64,000 nt of DNA from Oscillospiraceae bacterium (GTDB lineage Bacteria; Bacillota; Clostridia; UBA1212). This document shows positions 60,501-64,000 of this stretch, in pieces (the stretch's first letter is position 1; each line of letters begins with the position of its first letter). Both the position numbers and the translations under genes were made by a program. The DNA is taken from the NCBI GenBank assembly GCA_015069195.1, contig SVJA01000003.1, forward strand, positions 129,838 to 193,837. Direction: 5' to 3'. A model generated the notes under the pieces. It saw only the letters and a program-made list of their open reading frames with translations, was not told the origin of the DNA and made no database searches.

Positions 60501-61049
60501 GATCTTCTGGATTTCGTGAGATGTACGGAAACCGTCGAAGAAGTTAATGAAAGGAACACGGCTCTTAATAGTTGCGAGATGTGCAACTGCAGCGAGGTCC
60601 ATAACTTCCTGCGGGTTTGACTCAGCGAGCATAGCAAAACCTGTCTGACGGCATGCATATACGTCGGAGTGGTCACCGAAGATATTGAGAGCATGTGAAG
60701 CTACACATCTTGCAGATACGTGGAATACTGAAGGGAGAAGTTCACCTGCGATTTTGTACATGTTCGGAATCATAAGGAGAAGTCCCTGTGAAGCCGTATA
60801 AGTAGTAGTGAGAGCACCTGCTGCGAGTGAACCGTGAACAGTACCCGAAGCACCTGCCTCTGACTGCATCTCGACAACATTAACTGTTGTGCCGAAGATG
60901 TTCTTTACACCCTGAGCTGACCACTGATCAACGTAGTCTGCCATAGGGCTTGACGGAGTGATAGGATAAATACCTGCTACTTCTGTAAAAGCGTATGATA
61001 CATAAGCGGCAGCATTATTACCATCCATCGTTTTTCTTTTTCTTGCCAT
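57525..61049 (-). CDS. nifJ: pyruvate:ferredoxin (flavodoxin) oxidoreductase
   Basis: 1174-aa single-chain PFOR with 2x[4Fe-4S] and TPP domains. Confidence 0.95.
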   Translation of the reverse strand: MARKRKTMDGNNAAAYVSYAFTEVAGIYPITPSSPMADYVDQWSAQGVKNIFGTTVNVVEMQSEAGASGTVHGSLAAGALTTTYTASQGLLLMIPNMYKIAGELLPSVFHVSARCVASHALNIFGDHSDVYACRQTGFAMLAESNPQEVMDLAAVAHLATIKSRVPFINFFDGFRTSHEIQKIGIWDYEDLKEMCDMDAVEAFRKRALNPERPVMRGSHENGDIFFQHREACNAYYDAVPGIVEEYMDKVNAKLGTDYKLFNYYGAPDADKVIIAMGSICDVAEEVIDYLVAKGKKVGLVKVRLYRPFSAEKLVEAIPTTAKKIAVLDRTKEPGALGEPLYLDVVAAMSAMNRKATIIGGRYGLGSKDTPPASIFAVYNELAKKNPKSRFTLGINDDVTYLSLEEKAAPNTAAKGTIECKFWGLGGDGTVGANKNSIKIIGDHTDKFVQAYFQYDSKKTGGITISHLRFGDQPIKSPYYINKADFVACHNPSYVTKGYKMVNDVKPGGVFLINCQWKAKELEQHLSDEAKLYIAKNKIQLYTVNAIDLAAKIGMGKRTNTILQAAFFALANVMPIEEAVGYMKDAATKSYLKKGQDVVDMNHKAIDAGVSAFKKIRVPAAWKKIELKEAAASNADSTQLEKMVEGIMEPVSKMDGDSLPVSAFVDYADGTFCQGASAFEKRGVAVTVPSWNAETCAKCNKCSFVCPHATIRPFALNADEVAAAPENMKKSPKPIVKTDYTYTLAISPLDCMGCGVCIGVCPTKSLKMVPRESQEDQQKVFDYCVANVTEKPEICGSTVISSQYKQPLLEFSGSCAGCAETAYARLVTQLFGDRMYISNATGCSSIWGGPAATSPYTTNKDGFGPAWANSLFEDNAEHGLGMYLGQKAIRKRLIAQVKDLRENAKRDDVKAAIDEYLATLDDGTKNAAATKALVAVLEDCGCDAAKEILKSKEYLSKKSIWIFGGDGWAYDIGFGGVDHVLASGEDVNIMVFDTEVYSNTGGQASKASQIGQVAQFAAAGKAIAKKSLAEIAMSYGYIYVAQIAMGADMNQTIKAIAEAEAYPGPSLIIGYAPCEMHSIKGGMQNCQAEMKKAVDCGYWNMFRYNPALKAEGKNPFTVDSKAATTSYREFIMNEARYNRLTREFPERAEELFTKAEEKSVERYEHLMKLNELYGK

Positions 61050-61270
61050 AATATATCCTCCTTTTAAGGTTTTTTACCATCGCTTAGTGTAGTCTTAATA
61101 AGTCAATTTGTCAATATAACAGACCGCGAATAATGTGTATAAAATAATGGTAATTTGCAATATTTTGACAAAAAATATTAAAAAGTGAGTGTTATTACTA
61201 TTAATGACATAAATAGTGTGTTAAAATGCCGTAAAATGTAAAAACGGTTACTTTCGGAGAGTGATATAAA

Positions 61271-62140
61271 ATGACATGGATTGTTGCTGCAATATTTTCA
61301 TCATTGTTTGCCGGATTGACTTCTATTCTCGCTAAGTGCGGAATAAAGAAAACCGATTCGGATGTAGCTACGGCATTGCGTACCGTGGTGGTACTTATTT
61401 TTTCATGGATAATGGTATTTATAGTAGGTTCCGTTGATACGCTTAAAGATATAAGCGGTAAATCTCTTATATTTCTGGTGCTCTCGGGTCTTGCTACGGG
61501 AGCATCGTGGATATGCTATTTCAAGGCTTTGTCAATAGGTGATGTGAATAAAGTAGTTCCGATAGATAAATCCAGCACAGTGCTTTCGGTTCTGTTGGCG
61601 ATTATACTGTTTGACGAAACAAACAATCTTTGGGTAAAACTTATTTGTACGGCCGTGCTTGCAGTGGGCATATTACTTATGGTAGAAAAGAAACAAAGTT
61701 CGGACACTTCAAACGGCAAAGGTTGGATGCTTTATGCCGTGTTTGCTGCTGTGTTTGCCGCTCTTACATCAGTTCTGGCAAAGGTCGGAATTTCCGGTGT
61801 AGAGTCAAATTTAGGTACTGCGATAAGAACTTGCGTTGTACTTGTGATGGCGTGGGTGATTGTTCTGATAAAAGGAAAACATTCGGAACTTAAAACACTT
61901 GATAAAAAAGAATTGATATTCATATCGCTTTCCGGACTTGCAACAGGTGCTTCATGGCTTTGCTACTATTATGCGATGCAGAAGGGTATAGTAAGCATTG
62001 TAGTGCCGATAGACAAATTAAGCATAGTAGTATCCATTGTGTTCTCTTATTTTGTATTTAAGGAAAAACTTTCTGTAAAAGCCTTTATCGGTCTTTTACT
62101 TATGGTGTGCGCAACTGTTGTGATGGCAATATGGGCGTAA
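61271..62140 (+). CDS. EamA/DMT-family transporter
   Basis: Two EamA repeats, 10 TM. Confidence 0.8.
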   Translation: MTWIVAAIFSSLFAGLTSILAKCGIKKTDSDVATALRTVVVLIFSWIMVFIVGSVDTLKDISGKSLIFLVLSGLATGASWICYFKALSIGDVNKVVPIDKSSTVLSVLLAIILFDETNNLWVKLICTAVLAVGILLMVEKKQSSDTSNGKGWMLYAVFAAVFAALTSVLAKVGISGVESNLGTAIRTCVVLVMAWVIVLIKGKHSELKTLDKKELIFISLSGLATGASWLCYYYAMQKGIVSIVVPIDKLSIVVSIVFSYFVFKEKLSVKAFIGLLLMVCATVVMAIWA

Positions 62141-62169
62141 CTGTGATAAAATGATTATCGGGTGGTCAG

Positions 62170-63054
62170 ATGATTAAGAATAATAAAAAAAGATTAGATA
62201 TCAGTTTGAAAAATTTTATATTTCTTACGTTCGCAGGCATTATAAATGCTATCGGTGTCACAATGTTTTTGGCTCCGGTAAAATTGTATGACGGCGGTAT
62301 ATCCGGTACATCTATGCTTCTTTCCCAGGTAACGCCGGCTGTTTTGTCGCTGTCGTTTTTTCTTATAATTTTAAACATTCCTCTGTTTTTGTACGGGTTA
62401 AAAAAACAGGGGATAACTTTTACCGTATATTCAATATATGCAGTGGTTATTTATTCTGCGGCGGCTTTTATTATAACGGACATTTTGCCGGTAGATGTGA
62501 GTGTTGCATCTCCGTTTGCAGGCGATGATTTGCTTTTGTGTGCATTGTTCGGCGGTCTGATATCGGGTTGCGGAAGCGGTCTTACGATGCGTTTCGGCGG
62601 TGCACTTGACGGCGTAGAGGTAATGGCTGTTATATTCGCAAAAAAATTAGGTGTCAGCGTGGGTACTTTCATAATGGCATACAATGTCGTTTTGTACTCG
62701 GCTTCCGGCGTTATAACGCAGAGTTGGATACTCCCTCTTTATTCAATTATTGCGTATGCAATCGGACTTAAAACGGTAGACTTCATAGTAGAAGGTCTTG
62801 ATGGTTCAAAAAGTGTAATGATAGTTACCGACAAACCCGATGAGGTAAGCGACGCGTTGATGGAAGAATTTGAAACAGGTGTTACGAAAATTGCTGCAAG
62901 GGGAGGGTATTCCAACGCCGACAAAACAGTAATATACTTTGTCGTAAACCGTTTCCAGATACCGAAAATGAGAACGATAGTACACGAAGAAGACGAAAAT
63001 GCTTTTATGACAATAAGTGAAGTTGCAGATGTTTTTAAGGCTACCGGTAATTAA
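62170..63054 (+). CDS. YitT-family membrane protein (DUF161/DUF2179)
   Basis: YitT family features. Confidence 0.8.
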   Translation: MIKNNKKRLDISLKNFIFLTFAGIINAIGVTMFLAPVKLYDGGISGTSMLLSQVTPAVLSLSFFLIILNIPLFLYGLKKQGITFTVYSIYAVVIYSAAAFIITDILPVDVSVASPFAGDDLLLCALFGGLISGCGSGLTMRFGGALDGVEVMAVIFAKKLGVSVGTFIMAYNVVLYSASGVITQSWILPLYSIIAYAIGLKTVDFIVEGLDGSKSVMIVTDKPDEVSDALMEEFETGVTKIAARGGYSNADKTVIYFVVNRFQIPKMRTIVHEEDENAFMTISEVADVFKATGN

Positions 63055-63135
63055 ATTGTTCGATTGCACCTTAAATTTAAAAGTGCTAAAATACGGAATG
63101 TTTGAAATACTAATATAACTTGGGAGGTAATATAA

Positions 63136-63978
63136 ATGAGTGAATGTTCACATGATTGCAGTAATTGCTCTGCAAATTGCAGCAGCCGTGAGGGTGGTTG
63201 CGGTTCTTCACAGAGCCCTGAGAGTTTTCTCGAAAAACCTCACCGTTTAAGTGAGATAAAGAAAGTTATAGGTGTTGTCAGTGGTAAAGGCGGCGTAGGT
63301 AAATCTATGGTTACTTCTATGATGGCGGTAACCATGAACAGAAGAGGATACAGAAGTGCAATCCTTGATGCCGATATTACCGGCCCTTCGATTCCGAAAA
63401 TGTTCGGTTTGACAGATAAGGCTACCGCAGACGAAATCGGAATATATCCTGTAGGCACAAAGACAGACATCGGCGTTATGTCGGTAAATCTTCTTCTTGA
63501 AAATGATACTGATCCTGTCGTATGGAGAGGTCCTGTTATAGCAGGTGCGGTCAAGCAGTTCTGGACCGATGTTATCTGGGGCGACGTAGACTTTATGTTT
63601 GTGGATATGCCTCCCGGAACAGGCGATGTACCGCTTACAGTATTCCAATCCATTCCGGTTGACGGAATAATCGTTGTAACATCTCCGCAGGAGCTTGTTT
63701 CAATGATAGTAGGCAAGGCTGTAAAAATGGCAGACCTCATGAATGTTCCTGTTTTGGGTATCGTTGAAAATATGTCATACTTTGAATGCCCGGATTGCGG
63801 AAAGAAACACAAAATTTACGGTGAAAGCCATATTGAAGAAGTTGCGAAAGAGTACGGAATAAAAGTTATTTCCCAGCTTCCGATAGATCCGAAGCTTGCC
63901 GCAGCGGCAGACAAGGGTACTATCGAATTGTTTGACACTGCCGGACTTGAAAATATGGCAGATGCAGTAGAAAAATAA
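63136..63978 (+). CDS. Mrp/NBP35 (ApbC) Fe-S cluster carrier ATPase with Cys-rich N-terminal extension
   Basis: GKGGVGKS P-loop; CPDCG motif; N-terminal CSHDCSNCSANC. Confidence 0.88.
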   Translation: MSECSHDCSNCSANCSSREGGCGSSQSPESFLEKPHRLSEIKKVIGVVSGKGGVGKSMVTSMMAVTMNRRGYRSAILDADITGPSIPKMFGLTDKATADEIGIYPVGTKTDIGVMSVNLLLENDTDPVVWRGPVIAGAVKQFWTDVIWGDVDFMFVDMPPGTGDVPLTVFQSIPVDGIIVVTSPQELVSMIVGKAVKMADLMNVPVLGIVENMSYFECPDCGKKHKIYGESHIEEVAKEYGIKVISQLPIDPKLAAAADKGTIELFDTAGLENMADAVEK

Positions 63979-64000
63979 AACGATTAATTGATTAGGACGG

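Overview
This window looks like a chromosomal segment from a low-GC Firmicutes organism, probably a Clostridia-like one (it carries SpmA/SpmB, an AbrB homolog with a Spo0A box, CotH, and a type-A RNase P RNA). From 0.7 to 17.3 kb on the + strand is a complete S10-spc-alpha ribosomal protein cluster (rpsJ to rplQ, including secY, adk, map, infA, rpmJ and rpoA), followed by rnpB and nrdR. From 18 to 33 kb lie an LtaS-like membrane sulfatase, a ferredoxin, the conserved yabB-like methyltransferase / rsmI / abrB block, spmAB, a CotH-family lipoprotein, hpf, an 809-aa in-frame fusion of a UDP-sugar pyrophosphorylase (UDPGP) domain to a eukaryote-type NADP isocitrate dehydrogenase (IDH), and pgi. 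From 33 to 38 kb are two tandem paralogous ~800-aa membrane-anchored surface proteins. From 38 to 43 kb are azlCD, a sialate O-acetylesterase-like gene, and a low-GC accessory islet on the minus strand: two small genes coupled stop-to-start in the same frame, a zeta-toxin-like P-loop kinase overlapped by a small upstream gene, and ordered direct/palindromic repeat arrays in both promoter regions. From 43 to 61 kb on the minus strand are fhs, a pur operon (purE-purF-purM-purN-purO-purH(AICARFT only)-purD-purL), yhbY, a PHP phosphoesterase and PFOR, then eamA, yitT and mrp/apbC on the + strand. No CRISPR arrays, transposases, rRNA or tRNA genes were recognised.
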